Assembly (NCBI GenBank): GCA_963770875.1
Contig: CAVYRE010000001.1
Span: 148,064-212,063, forward strand
Reading direction: 5' to 3'
DNA length: 64,000 bases
Origin: an uncultured Chloroflexia bacterium
Lineage (GTDB): Bacteria > Chloroflexota > Limnocylindria > QHBO01
Shown here: positions 11,654 through 20,205 of the stretch, one piece after another
Layout: each line of letters begins with the position of its first letter
How positions within the stretch are numbered: position 1 is the first letter of the stretch
Position numbers and translations under genes: made by a program
Notes under the pieces: generated by a model
What the model was told of the DNA's origin: nothing
The model's input: only the letters and a program-made list of their open reading frames with translations
Databases searched by the model: none

Positions 11654-11889
11654 TGCTGTGGATCACCTGCCCCATCTGCGGCGAGCGGCCCGCGAGCGAG
11701 TTCCGCTTCGGCGGCGAGCTGCCGTCAGTGCCCGATTGGATCGTGGGCGAGGAGGCGCGCAACGTCGACTACGTCTGGATGGTGAACAACGTCCGCGGCG
11801 TCACCACCGAGCGCTGGTTCCACGCCGCCGGCTGCCGCCGCTGGCTGACCCTCACCCGTGACACGGTGACCGATACGGTCGTGGCCTAG
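11653..11889 (+). CDS. soxD: sarcosine oxidase delta subunit
   Basis: 78 aa MLWITCPICGERPASEFRFGGE... with Cys/His zinc-type ligands; TGATG overlap with soxB. Confidence 0.7.
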   Translation: MLWITCPICGERPASEFRFGGELPSVPDWIVGEEARNVDYVWMVNNVRGVTTERWFHAAGCRRWLTLTRDTVTDTVVA

Positions 11890-12557
11890 CCGGAGCGGTC
11901 CTCGATCTCCCAGGCGTGGTCCAGCGCGTGCCACGCGGAGCGCCGCACGAAGTAGCGCGGCAACCACGGGTGCAGGGTGTTGCGCGGGTCACCGATCGGC
12001 TCGCCCCGCGCACGCGCCGCGAGGGCCACCAGGGCGGTGTCGCGCACCACCGCCATGCGGTCAGCCGGCGCGGCGCCCGGTAGGCGCGGCCCGCGGCTGC
12101 CCAGCTGCCCCAGGTACGCCTCCTCGGCCTCGAGGAGGTGGCCGAGCATCTTCGGCAGATCCCGGCCGCCGCCGCGCGGTCCCTTGCGCAGCTCGACGCC
12201 GGCCTCGTCCGCCTCGCGCCAGGCGACGTCGAACGCCTGCCAGCTCGCCGTCAGGAGGCGCGATTGGCGGTCAAGCTCCGCTGTCTCGAGCGGTCGCCCA
12301 TCAGCCGCGAGCGCGACGGATGGCACGCCGAAGTCGGTCCCAGAACCGCCCTTGAGCCGCTCGACCACGTCGATGTCCGCCACCTTCGGCGCCGTCATCC
12401 CCGCGGCTGCGACCACGCGTGCGTAGCGCGGGGCGTAGGCGAGCAGCGCTGCCAGCGCCTCCTCCTCGCCGCGACCGCGGCGGCACCAGCCTGGCCACTC
12501 GATCGCGCCGGCGAACGTTCGCTTGGCGCTGATCTCCAGGTAGACCGCCAGCGACAC
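11886..12557 (-). CDS. DinB/DUF664-like hypothetical protein
   Basis: GTG start just downstream of MBL gene stop; motifs GHLLEAEEAYL and SAWHALDHAWEIEDR resemble DinB_2 metal-binding helices; upstream part of track ORF overlaps the real MBL gene and is junk. Confidence 0.5.
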   Translation of the reverse strand: MSLAVYLEISAKRTFAGAIEWPGWCRRGRGEEEALAALLAYAPRYARVVAAAGMTAPKVADIDVVERLKGGSGTDFGVPSVALAADGRPLETAELDRQSRLLTASWQAFDVAWREADEAGVELRKGPRGGGRDLPKMLGHLLEAEEAYLGQLGSRGPRLPGAAPADRMAVVRDTALVALAARARGEPIGDPRNTLHPWLPRYFVRRSAWHALDHAWEIEDRSG

Positions 12558-12562
12558 CGGAC

Positions 12563-13261
12563 CTAGGCCTCCCAGGTCTCCCCGGGCTCCAGCGCCACGA
12601 CCGTGGCCTTCGTCGCGGCGGCGAGCTCGGCGGGGGTGCCGGTCAGGATCGGGAAGGTGGCGTAGTGGACCGGGATCGCCACCGTGGCGCCGATGAGTGC
12701 CAGCGCCCGCACGGCATCGGCCGGGCCCATCGTGTAGTGGCCGCCGATCGGCAGCACCGCGATGGAGGGCGCCCATCGGTCCTTCACCAGCGCCATGTCG
12801 CCGAACAGGGCCGTATCGCCGGTGTGGTAGACGCGGGTGCCGTCCTCGAACTCGATCACCCAGCCCCAGCAGCCGACCTCGCGGGTCGCCTCGGGGTCGC
12901 CGGCGATCGTCACGCCGCCGGTGTGGTCGGCGTGGACCATGTTCAAGCCGATCCCCGCCACCTCGACTCGCCCGCCCTTGTTCATCCCGATCGCCTCGAC
13001 CCCACGGCTGGCGAGATAGATGCTCATCTCGTGGCTGCCGACCACCGTGCCGCCGAGGGCCGCCAGGTCAACGATGTCGCTGGCCTCGATGCCGATGTGG
13101 TCGAAGTGCCCGTGGGTCGGGGCCACCACGTCGACCCCTGCGTCAGCCGGCTCGACGTAGGTGGGCGCGCCGCTCCATCGGTCCACCCAGAGCCACTTGT
13201 CACCCGGGGAGTGATAGAGGATCCCGCCGTGTCCCAGGCGGGTGATGCGCAGCTTCGCCAT
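12563..13261 (-). CDS. MBL-fold metal-dependent hydrolase (UPF0173 family)
   Basis: HGHFDH and later DHTGG/H motifs, 232 aa. Confidence 0.8.
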   Translation of the reverse strand: MAKLRITRLGHGGILYHSPGDKWLWVDRWSGAPTYVEPADAGVDVVAPTHGHFDHIGIEASDIVDLAALGGTVVGSHEMSIYLASRGVEAIGMNKGGRVEVAGIGLNMVHADHTGGVTIAGDPEATREVGCWGWVIEFEDGTRVYHTGDTALFGDMALVKDRWAPSIAVLPIGGHYTMGPADAVRALALIGATVAIPVHYATFPILTGTPAELAAATKATVVALEPGETWEA

Positions 13262-13319
13262 GGGATTCCTCCTGCGATGCTTGCCTCGCGTGCCTTGCCA
13301 TCCTAGGCGCGCTGCCCGT

Positions 13320-13482
13320 CACCCGCTTACGCCCAGCGTACGTACCTGCCAAGTTGGCGGGGTCGCCGCGCCACTGGACGCCGATCCGGATGGCGCCCGT
13401 GCTCACGGTGGCTCGCAGAACGGCCCGATCAACCCGCGCAGACTCCGTTCTTGGCCGTTCGTTACGCTGAGCGTAAGCGCGG
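13320..13482. repeat. REP/BIME-like composite palindromic element, locus 1
   Basis: TTACGCCCAGCGTACGTACCTGCCAAG ... ~95 bp ... CTTGGCCGTTCGTTACGCTGAGCGTAAGCG; same unit family as 7 other loci. Confidence 0.7.
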
Positions 13483-13501
13483 CGCCTGGGGGTTGCCGCC
13501 T

Positions 13502-14248
13502 TCAGCCGAGGAGGCGCTCCAGGTGGTAGGGGAGCATCTTCTGCCACCACGGCCAGTCGTGGTCCGCGTCGTGACCCCAGAAGTCGACGAACGCCGGAAT
13601 CCCCTTCGACGCCAGGAGCGCCTCCATGGCGTGCGCATCCACGATCATCTCCTCCTCCCAGCGTCCCTGCCCGACGCAGAGGGTGATCCGCGCTCGGCGA
13701 TACAGGGCGAGTCGCTCCGGATCCGACTCCCGGGCGAGGCGGTCGAGCGGTGAGAAGTCGATCGCCGGCCCGTCGCTGAACTCCCCGATGAAGCGGCGTG
13801 GCTGGTAGACGCCCGAGATCGCGATGAGGCCATCGACCTGCGCGGGGTAGCGGACGAAGAGGTTGCTGGCGTGGAAGGCGCCCATGGAGCAGCCCGCCGT
13901 CCAGGCCGTGACATGCCCCGTCTCTTCGCGCACCCGGGGGAGCAGCTCGGCGACGGCGTATCGGTCGAAGTCGGCGTGGCGCGCCACGCGCTCGTCCATC
14001 GCCTTTTCGGGCGCGGTCCATGACTGCCAGTCGATCCCGTCGCTGACGTAGAGGGTCACCCGCCCCGCCTCGATCAGGTGGCGAATCGACTCCACCATCC
14101 CGAAGTTCTCCCAGTCCCAGACCCGGCCGTTCATCGACGGGAAGGCAACGATCGGCTGTCCCGCCACGCCCCCGTCGGAGGTGTAGCGATACATCTCGAG
14201 GTCGTGCCCCAGGGCCGGGCTGAAGGTCAGGAACCGATCGGACCTCAT
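13502..14248 (-). CDS. esterase family protein (putative esterase / S-formylglutathione-hydrolase-like)
   Basis: Start MRSDRF... (ATGA overlap with ATP-grasp stop); GCSMGAF nucleophile elbow, HD..W C-terminus; upstream part of the 552-aa track ORF is junk. Confidence 0.75.
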   Translation of the reverse strand: MRSDRFLTFSPALGHDLEMYRYTSDGGVAGQPIVAFPSMNGRVWDWENFGMVESIRHLIEAGRVTLYVSDGIDWQSWTAPEKAMDERVARHADFDRYAVAELLPRVREETGHVTAWTAGCSMGAFHASNLFVRYPAQVDGLIAISGVYQPRRFIGEFSDGPAIDFSPLDRLARESDPERLALYRRARITLCVGQGRWEEEMIVDAHAMEALLASKGIPAFVDFWGHDADHDWPWWQKMLPYHLERLLG

Positions 14249-15411
14249 GCGTTGACCTTGATCTGGATGGCGCGCGCCGCGGCGGTCACCTTCGCCTCGT
14301 CGGGGTCCCGCAGGATGTAGCCGAAGTCCCCGATCGCCCGCGCGAAGATGCCCGCCATCGGGGTGTCCATCACGATCAGGTCGCCGAACTTGCCCATCAC
14401 CTGGCGGTGGCTGAGCTTGTAGGTGAACCGATCCTTCCGCCCGACGTAGGCGGTGGCGTAGGCCCGGCTGATCGGCTCGTCCCAGCGCCCGTGGACCACC
14501 ATCCGTGCCCAGCCCCGATAGAAGTTCAGGTCGTTGGCGTAGTTGAACATGTCGACGGTGAGGCCCCCCGGCGGTCGGACGTTGATTTCCAGCGGGACGA
14601 GGGAGCCATCGGGCAGGCGGAAGAACTCGAAGTGGAACGGCCGCTCCTTGAGGCGGAAGGTGCGCACGATCGCCCTGCCGGCCGCCTCGACGTCGGGGGG
14701 CACCTTGCGGGTGATGCAGTACCAGATGTCCCAGTCGTCGTTGACCGCCTCCATCACGCCAGACGAGTAGTAGAACGACGAGCCGAAGACGACCTCGCTG
14801 CGCCGATTGACCATCCCGTCGTAGGTGAGCAGCGTGCCGTGGAGGTACTCCTCCAGGATGTAGTCGACGCTCGGCTTGTCGGCCAGGAACCGTTCGAGGT
14901 CGTCGGGGTTCTCCAGCTTGTAGGTCGCTGCGGCGCCCACGCCCGCGTCCGGCTTGGCGACGATGGGGAAGCCGCACTCCTCGGCGAAGGCGCGGGTGGC
15001 GTGCGCGGAGCGGCAGACGCGGCCGCGTCCCGGGGTGAGCCCGGCCCGCACGAAGAGGCGCTTCATGAGCGACTTGCGCTTCATCCGCGCGATCTCGCCG
15101 ATGTTGATGCCAGGGATGTTGAAGTCGGTGCGGAGCCGCGCCTCCGTCTCGAGCCACCACTCGTTGAGGGAGTCGAGCCGGTCCAGCTTGCCGTGCCGAT
15201 GCGTGAACCAGGCCAGCGCCCGGAGGAGCTGGTCGTAGTCGCTCATGTCGTGGACCTGGTAGTAGTCGGTCAGCACGTCACGAAGCTCGGGGCGCAGCTC
15301 CTCGTAGGGCGCGTCGGCGATCCCCAGCACGGTGGCGCCCTGCTCCCGCAGGGCGGTCGCGAACAGGTACCAGTTCGGCGGGAAGTGCGGCGAGAGGAAG
15401 ACGACGTTCAT
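14245..15411 (-). CDS. ATP-grasp domain protein
   Basis: ATP-grasp core FPIVAKPDAGVGAAATYKL...YILEEYLHGT...; translationally coupled to esterase. Confidence 0.8.
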   Translation of the reverse strand: MNVVFLSPHFPPNWYLFATALREQGATVLGIADAPYEELRPELRDVLTDYYQVHDMSDYDQLLRALAWFTHRHGKLDRLDSLNEWWLETEARLRTDFNIPGINIGEIARMKRKSLMKRLFVRAGLTPGRGRVCRSAHATRAFAEECGFPIVAKPDAGVGAAATYKLENPDDLERFLADKPSVDYILEEYLHGTLLTYDGMVNRRSEVVFGSSFYYSSGVMEAVNDDWDIWYCITRKVPPDVEAAGRAIVRTFRLKERPFHFEFFRLPDGSLVPLEINVRPPGGLTVDMFNYANDLNFYRGWARMVVHGRWDEPISRAYATAYVGRKDRFTYKLSHRQVMGKFGDLIVMDTPMAGIFARAIGDFGYILRDPDEAKVTAAARAIQIKVNA

Positions 15412-15482
15412 GTGAGCGCGGAGTGTGCCGCGCCGGGGAGCGCCGCGGCAAGTGGCGAGCCCGTCGATGGGTGAGCGTGCAG

Positions 15483-15650
15483 CCGTTTACGCTCAGCGCA
15501 AGTAACGGACAAGAACGAGGCTTCTACCGGTGGTTGGAACCGCCATCCGGACCGTAGCCGTGCTCCCGCCAGGGTCGACCTGGCTCAGATCGACCCGGAT
15601 CCGGCCTGACGAGGGTCGAAGTTGGCCGTTATGTACGCTGGGCGCAAACG
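15483..15650. repeat. REP/BIME-like composite palindromic element, locus 2
   Basis: TTTACGCTCAGCGCAAGTAACGGACAAG ... ~100 bp ... TTGGCCGTTATGTACGCTGGGCGCAAACG. Confidence 0.7.
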
Positions 15651-15672
15651 ACGTGCAGCGGCGCTCCAGCTC

Positions 15673-16047
15673 CTAGCCGAAGAACGCCGCGATCGCCGCC
15701 GTGTCGTCGGAGAATGCCCAGCGCTCGACGATCTTGCCGTCGCGCATGTGGTAGATCTCGGCGACGCGATAGGTGAACGGCTTCCCGGCGCGCGTGGCGG
15801 TGGCGGTCAGCAGCGCCACGGTGTGGTCGTCGCCACCAACCACGTCGTGCGTATCGCCGGTGATGGTGAAGTCGGACGGGGTGCTGAAGCGGGCGGCGAG
15901 CGCCGCCTTGCCGCGGACCGGTTCGGGATTGCCGATCTCGTGCCAGACGACGTCATCGTCGAGGGCGGCGGCGAACCCACCCATGTCGTTCTTCCCGAGG
16001 GCCTCGAACATGTTGCGAACGACGGTGGCGTTGGGGTGGTCGGACAT
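15673..16047 (-). CDS. SnoaL-like/NTF2-fold protein
   Basis: 124 aa MSDHPNATVVRNMFEALGKND...VVWHEIGNPEP..; start by codon arithmetic, track ORF N-extension is junk. Confidence 0.7.
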   Translation of the reverse strand: MSDHPNATVVRNMFEALGKNDMGGFAAALDDDVVWHEIGNPEPVRGKAALAARFSTPSDFTITGDTHDVVGGDDHTVALLTATATRAGKPFTYRVAEIYHMRDGKIVERWAFSDDTAAIAAFFG

Positions 16048-16354
16048 CGGTCTATCTCCTATCCGGAAGCGGGGGGTTGAGGCCGCAAGTATCGATCCGC
16101 CAGCCCCCCAGCGAAAGGGCCGACCGCCATCGCTCGGGGAGGTCGCTAGCCCTCGTCCGGCTCGTGCGACCCCTCGCTGGGCGGGCGCCCCGCGTATGCG
16201 GCGCCAGCGATCACGACCCCGAGCCCGATCGCGGCGATCGGCCCGACCCACTCCATCGGCACCTGGCCCAGGTTGCCGGAGAGCAGCAGCAACCCAACGC
16301 TCAGCACCAGCAGCCCGCAGACGAAGGAGAGCAGATCGACCGGATGGCGTGCCA

Positions 16355-16620
16355 TCAGTTCGCCCCTCGCGTGACGACGCGCACGTCACCGATGCCCGCC
16401 TCGCAGGTCGAGGATGTAGGTCGTCGCGCCGAGCTGGCTGCGGACGATATCGGTCCTGGAGGCTGGTGCCAACCTGGCGCTCGCCGAAGATCGAGGGTGC
16501 CACCGGCACCGACGCGCGCGTCCAACCGGACCGCTGCGCCCGGCGGGATCAGGACCATCAGCTCGCCGACCGCCACGCTGGCGGTCACGTGGATCGGCTC
16601 GCGGCGACCGCCGAGGCCGG
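16355..16620 (-). pseudogene. disrupted C-terminal (LiaF/DUF2154-like) region downstream of pspC-domain gene
   Basis: Three reading frames each carry plausible fragments (…GEYRLMGGRLVLDLTGL…PIHVTASVAVGELMVLIPPGAAVRLDARVGAGGTLDL / …IFGERQVGTSLQDRY…) implying >=2 single-base frame changes. Confidence 0.3.
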
Positions 16621-17463
16621 TCAGATCCAGCACGAGCCGGCCGCCCATGAGCCGGTATTCGCCGCGCAGCTCGGCAAGGTTCGCCGGGGCGTAAGTGCTG
16701 ATCGCCCATCCCGCCCTCGAGCGGTGCGGTGATGAAGCTCGCGGTGACCGCCGACCGGCACGAGCAGGATCGCCAGCAGGATCAGGATCCGGGCGCGACC
16801 CCACCAGGCGCCAACGACCAGGCCGATCCCGATCACCGTCAACGCGGCCCCGAAGAACTGTCCCGGCGTCACCTCGACCCTGACCGCCTGGCTGACGATG
16901 GCGAGCAGGCCGACCGCGATCAGGGTGGCGGCGAGGACGTACCAGCCGAGCGGCGAGCGTGGCCGTCGCACGGCCGGGGCGCGCGAGGGGGCGACAACAG
17001 CTCTGGCCACGGCCACTGACGGAGCCGCGTCGACGCGTCGGAGCAGCCAGATGCCCACGCCGACGACCCCGAGCGCCAACCATACCGGGCCCTCGAGGCG
17101 AGGTCCATCGCCGATCCAGAGGTAGCCGCCGGGGCTCAGGATCGCCTGGATCACGATGAGCAACAGGATCGCAATGGCCGTCCAGGCCAGCCCGCGTGGC
17201 GTGATTCCGAGGCGCCGGAAGAAGGCTTCGACGACGGATGCGTCGTGCCCCTCGGCGGGGAGGAGCAGCCACGCGATGACGTACAGCACCAGGCCGGCGC
17301 CGCCGAAGATGATCAGGCCCACGAAGCCGATGCGGAACAGGAGCGGGTCGACGTTGAAGTAGTCACCGAGGCCGCCGGCGACTCCGCCGATCACCCGGTC
17401 AGTGGTGCGGCGGCGGAGGAGGCGACCGGGGACATCGGTCCGTGGCGTGTCCTGGCTTGTCAT
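16621..17463 (-). CDS. PspC domain-containing membrane protein
   Basis: TDRVIGGVAGGLGDYFNVDPLLFRIGFVGLIIFGG PspC motif followed by TM segments; divergent from PspC-kinase operon. Confidence 0.75.
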   Translation of the reverse strand: MTSQDTPRTDVPGRLLRRRTTDRVIGGVAGGLGDYFNVDPLLFRIGFVGLIIFGGAGLVLYVIAWLLLPAEGHDASVVEAFFRRLGITPRGLAWTAIAILLLIVIQAILSPGGYLWIGDGPRLEGPVWLALGVVGVGIWLLRRVDAAPSVAVARAVVAPSRAPAVRRPRSPLGWYVLAATLIAVGLLAIVSQAVRVEVTPGQFFGAALTVIGIGLVVGAWWGRARILILLAILLVPVGGHRELHHRTARGRDGRSALTPRRTLPSCAANTGSWAAGSCWI

Positions 17464-17504
17464 CGCCCTGATCTTGCGTCCGCGGCGCCAGGCTGCCTAT
17501 CGGG

Positions 17505-17545
17505 GAGCACCCTGAAAGGACCCTGACCCGCGCCGAGGCCGGCTC
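17505..17545. promoter_or_regulatory. inverted repeat ACCCTGA(C)-N18-(G)TCAGGGT in divergent pspC / kinase intergenic region, candidate operator
   Basis: Seen directly: GGACCCTGACCCGCGCCGAGGCCGGCTCAGGGTCATCC. Confidence 0.3.
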
Positions 17546-17586
17546 AGGGTCATCCCCGATCGTCGGCGACCTGGGCGTGTGCGAAC

Positions 17587-18825
17587 ATGCCGGGGATGGC
17601 ACAGGTGGGCGTTCGGCGCGCAGGCAGGACCGTGGACGGCGCACCCCGTCCGCGGCTGGAGCGGAGCCGGAGCGACCGGATCGTCGCCGGCGTGGCTTCG
17701 GGGATCGGCCATCACCTCGGGATCGAGCCGCTCACGGTGCGTATCGCATTCGTCGTGCTCTCGATCGCCGCCGGCTTCGGGATCGTCGTCTACCTGCTCG
17801 CCTGGCTGCTGGCCCCCGAGGAGGAGCTGGACCCGACCGCGCCGCCCCGGGCGCGGGTGCTCGTCCGGCCGACGCTGGGCCAGGCGCTCGGCGCGGCGCT
17901 GGTGCTGATGGGGGTTGTCCTGCTCCTCTACGTCTCCGGCTTCTGGTTCGGTGAGGGGCTGGCGTGGCCCGTGACGCTTGCCGCAATCGGGTTCGCCATC
18001 CTGTGGGCGCGCAGCGGCGAGGAGCGTGGCGCGCGGTGGCCGCTCGGCGGGGTGATGACCGGGCGCGTACCAACCTCACGCCTCGCCGTCGGCAGCCTCC
18101 TGATCCTGGGTGCCATGGTCGTCTTCCTCGCCACCAACACCTCGCTGGCCGCGGTCGGGAGCACGCTGCTCGCCGCCTTCGTCGCGATTGCCGGCCTGGG
18201 CCTGATCATCGGCCCGTGGGCATGGGGGATGGGCCGCGCCCTGATCGAGGAGCGCAACACGCGCGTCCGGACCGAGGCGCGCGCCGAGATGGCGGCGCAC
18301 CTCCACGACTCGGTGCTCCAGACGCTGGCCCTGATCCAGCGCGCGCCGGAGTCGCGCGAGATGGCGAGCCTGGCCCGCACGCAGGAGCGGGAGCTGCGCG
18401 CGTGGCTGTACGGACGCGCGCCGACCCTCGCCGGGGCACGGCTGCGCGACGCGGTCGACGCCATGGCCGGCCGGATCGAGCGCGAGCAGCAGGTCAAGGT
18501 CGAGGCGATCGTGGTCGGCGATGCGGACCTCGACGAACGGATGAGCGCCCTCGTCGCCGCGGTCGCCGAGGCGACGCTGAATGCCGCGCGGCACTCGGGA
18601 GCGACGGAGGTATCGGTCTACGTCGAGGTCGAGGAGGAGGCGGTGAGCGCCTTCGTGCGCGACCTCGGCACCGGATTCGACCCCGATGCGGTCGCCTCCG
18701 ACCGACGGGGGATCGCGGACTCGATCGTCGGGCGCCTGGAGCGTCACGGCGGGAGCGCGACGATCACCAGCCGGCCGGGCGGCGGCACGGAGGTCGCCAT
18801 GCGGCTCCCGAGGCGCACGCCATGA
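17587..18825 (+). CDS. PspC domain-containing sensor histidine kinase (LiaS-like)
   Basis: N-terminal PspC motif SDRIVAGVASGIGHHLGIEPLTVRIAF, TM region, HisKA_3 H-box AAHLHDSVLQTL, HATPase region. Confidence 0.85.
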   Translation: MPGMAQVGVRRAGRTVDGAPRPRLERSRSDRIVAGVASGIGHHLGIEPLTVRIAFVVLSIAAGFGIVVYLLAWLLAPEEELDPTAPPRARVLVRPTLGQALGAALVLMGVVLLLYVSGFWFGEGLAWPVTLAAIGFAILWARSGEERGARWPLGGVMTGRVPTSRLAVGSLLILGAMVVFLATNTSLAAVGSTLLAAFVAIAGLGLIIGPWAWGMGRALIEERNTRVRTEARAEMAAHLHDSVLQTLALIQRAPESREMASLARTQERELRAWLYGRAPTLAGARLRDAVDAMAGRIEREQQVKVEAIVVGDADLDERMSALVAAVAEATLNAARHSGATEVSVYVEVEEEAVSAFVRDLGTGFDPDAVASDRRGIADSIVGRLERHGGSATITSRPGGGTEVAMRLPRRTP

Positions 18826-19476
18826 AGGCCGCAGCTCCACCGGGGGTCCGTGTCTTCGTGGTCGACGACCACGAGCTGTTCCGTTCCGGCGTGCGCTCCG
18901 AGCTGAGCGCCAGCTGCGAGATCGTGGGGGATGCTGGGACGGTCGAGGAGGCGGTCGCTGGCATCGTGCAAGGCCACGCCGGACGTGGTGCTGCTCGACG
19001 TCCACATGCCCGGCGGCGGGGGGCGAGCCGTGATCGACGGGGTGCGGGCCGCCGGCGGCACGACGCAGTTCCTGGCGCTCTCCGTCTCGGACGCCGCCGA
19101 GGACGTGATCGGCCTGATTCGCGCTGGAGCGCGGGGCTACGTCACCAAGTCCATCTCCGCCGACGAGCTGGCAGCGGCGGTCCAGCGGGTCCACGGCGGC
19201 GACGTCGTCTTCTCGCCCCGCCTGGCGGGATTCGTGCTCGACGCCTTCGCCGGGGAGGCGCCCTTCCCGACCGACCCGGAGCTCGACCTGCTCACCGCCC
19301 GCGAGCGCGAGACGCTGCGCTACATCGCGCGCGGCTACACCTACAAGGAGGTCGCCGGCGAGCTGTCGATCTCGGTCAAGACGGTGGAGAGCCACGTCTC
19401 CGCGGTGCTGCGCAAGCTCCAGCTGTCGAACCGATACGAGCTGACCCGCTGGGCATCGGAGCGCCAGCTGATCTAG
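18822..19476 (+). CDS. LuxR/NarL-family response regulator (LiaR-like), apparent +1 frame disruption near 18965
   Basis: ATGA overlap with kinase; receiver N-term VRVFVVDDHELFRSGV... switches frame inside ...EAVAGIVQ|ARPDVVLLDVHMPGGGG (extra G in caaGGccacg); C-terminal LuxR HTH ERETLRYIARGYTYKEVAGELSISVKTVESHVSAVLRKL. Confidence 0.7.
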
Positions 19477-19504
19477 CGACCTGGGCTACAGCGGCGCAGG
19501 CGGA

Positions 19505-19668
19505 TTTGCGCCCAGCGCACGTAACCGCCAAGCAGGGGCCGATTGGCTGTCTCGCGCCGTCTCGCCGTGGCTCGAATCGCGCGGATTCGTGCTCAGACCT
19601 GCGGTCGCGACGCCGCGGAGGTCGTGCACGGCCGCTAACTTGGCCGTTACTTGCGCTGGGCGTAAATG
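19505..19668. repeat. REP/BIME-like composite palindromic element, locus 3
   Basis: TTTGCGCCCAGCGCACGTAACCGCCAAGCAG ... ~100 bp ... CTTGGCCGTTACTTGCGCTGGGCGTAAATGG, between convergent genes. Confidence 0.7.
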
Positions 19669-19783
19669 GAGGCCGCCGGCGCACGCCGACCTAGCGGAAG
19701 GAGATCCCGTCATGCGGGGAAGCGCGCCTGGATGCCCCAGCCGCCACGCGGCGGCGTCGAGGGGGACCGACTGCACTCGACGT

Positions 19784-20194
19784 CTATGCCCCTCCGCGCA
19801 GCGTCACCGGGGTGCCGTTCCGAATCGAGTTCGGGATCTCGGCGATCCGGTCCACGTGCGCCACCAGCTCGGCAAGGACCGCCGCGTCGGCGTCACCCTC
19901 CAGCTCCACGCTGTATTCGATCGGGGTCGAGACGGGCGGCTGGCCGGCATAGTCGCTCTCCGCGGTCACACGCACGCGAGTCAGGGTGATGCCGCGGCTC
20001 GCGGCTTCGCGGAAGAGGTCGCTGGAGACGCAGCCCGCGACCGCCAGGTTGAGGAGCTGGCCGCCATTGAAGCCAAGACCGCGGCCGCCGGCAGTCACCG
20101 GCCGGTCGATCACGACCGACACGGATCCTGCCCACCCGAGCGCCGTCGGGCCGCCGTCAACGGATCGGGTCTCCACGCGAAATGCATCGGACAT
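19784..20194 (-). CDS. OsmC/Ohr family protein
   Basis: 136 aa; GFNGGQLLNLAVAGCVSSDL Cys-containing OsmC core; start by arithmetic. Confidence 0.8.
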   Translation of the reverse strand: MSDAFRVETRSVDGGPTALGWAGSVSVVIDRPVTAGGRGLGFNGGQLLNLAVAGCVSSDLFREAASRGITLTRVRVTAESDYAGQPPVSTPIEYSVELEGDADAAVLAELVAHVDRIAEIPNSIRNGTPVTLRGGA

Positions 20195-20205
20195 CGGATG
20201 CCTCC

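Noticed and set aside
14249-15160. Upstream 300 codons of track ORF 13502..15160
   Set aside because: Overlaps the well-supported ATP-grasp gene in another frame; esterase start set at MRSDRF (14248)
16146-16355. 69-aa hydrophobic ORF downstream of pspC region
   Set aside because: Could be real small membrane protein but lies in a region with multiple frame ambiguities; insufficient support
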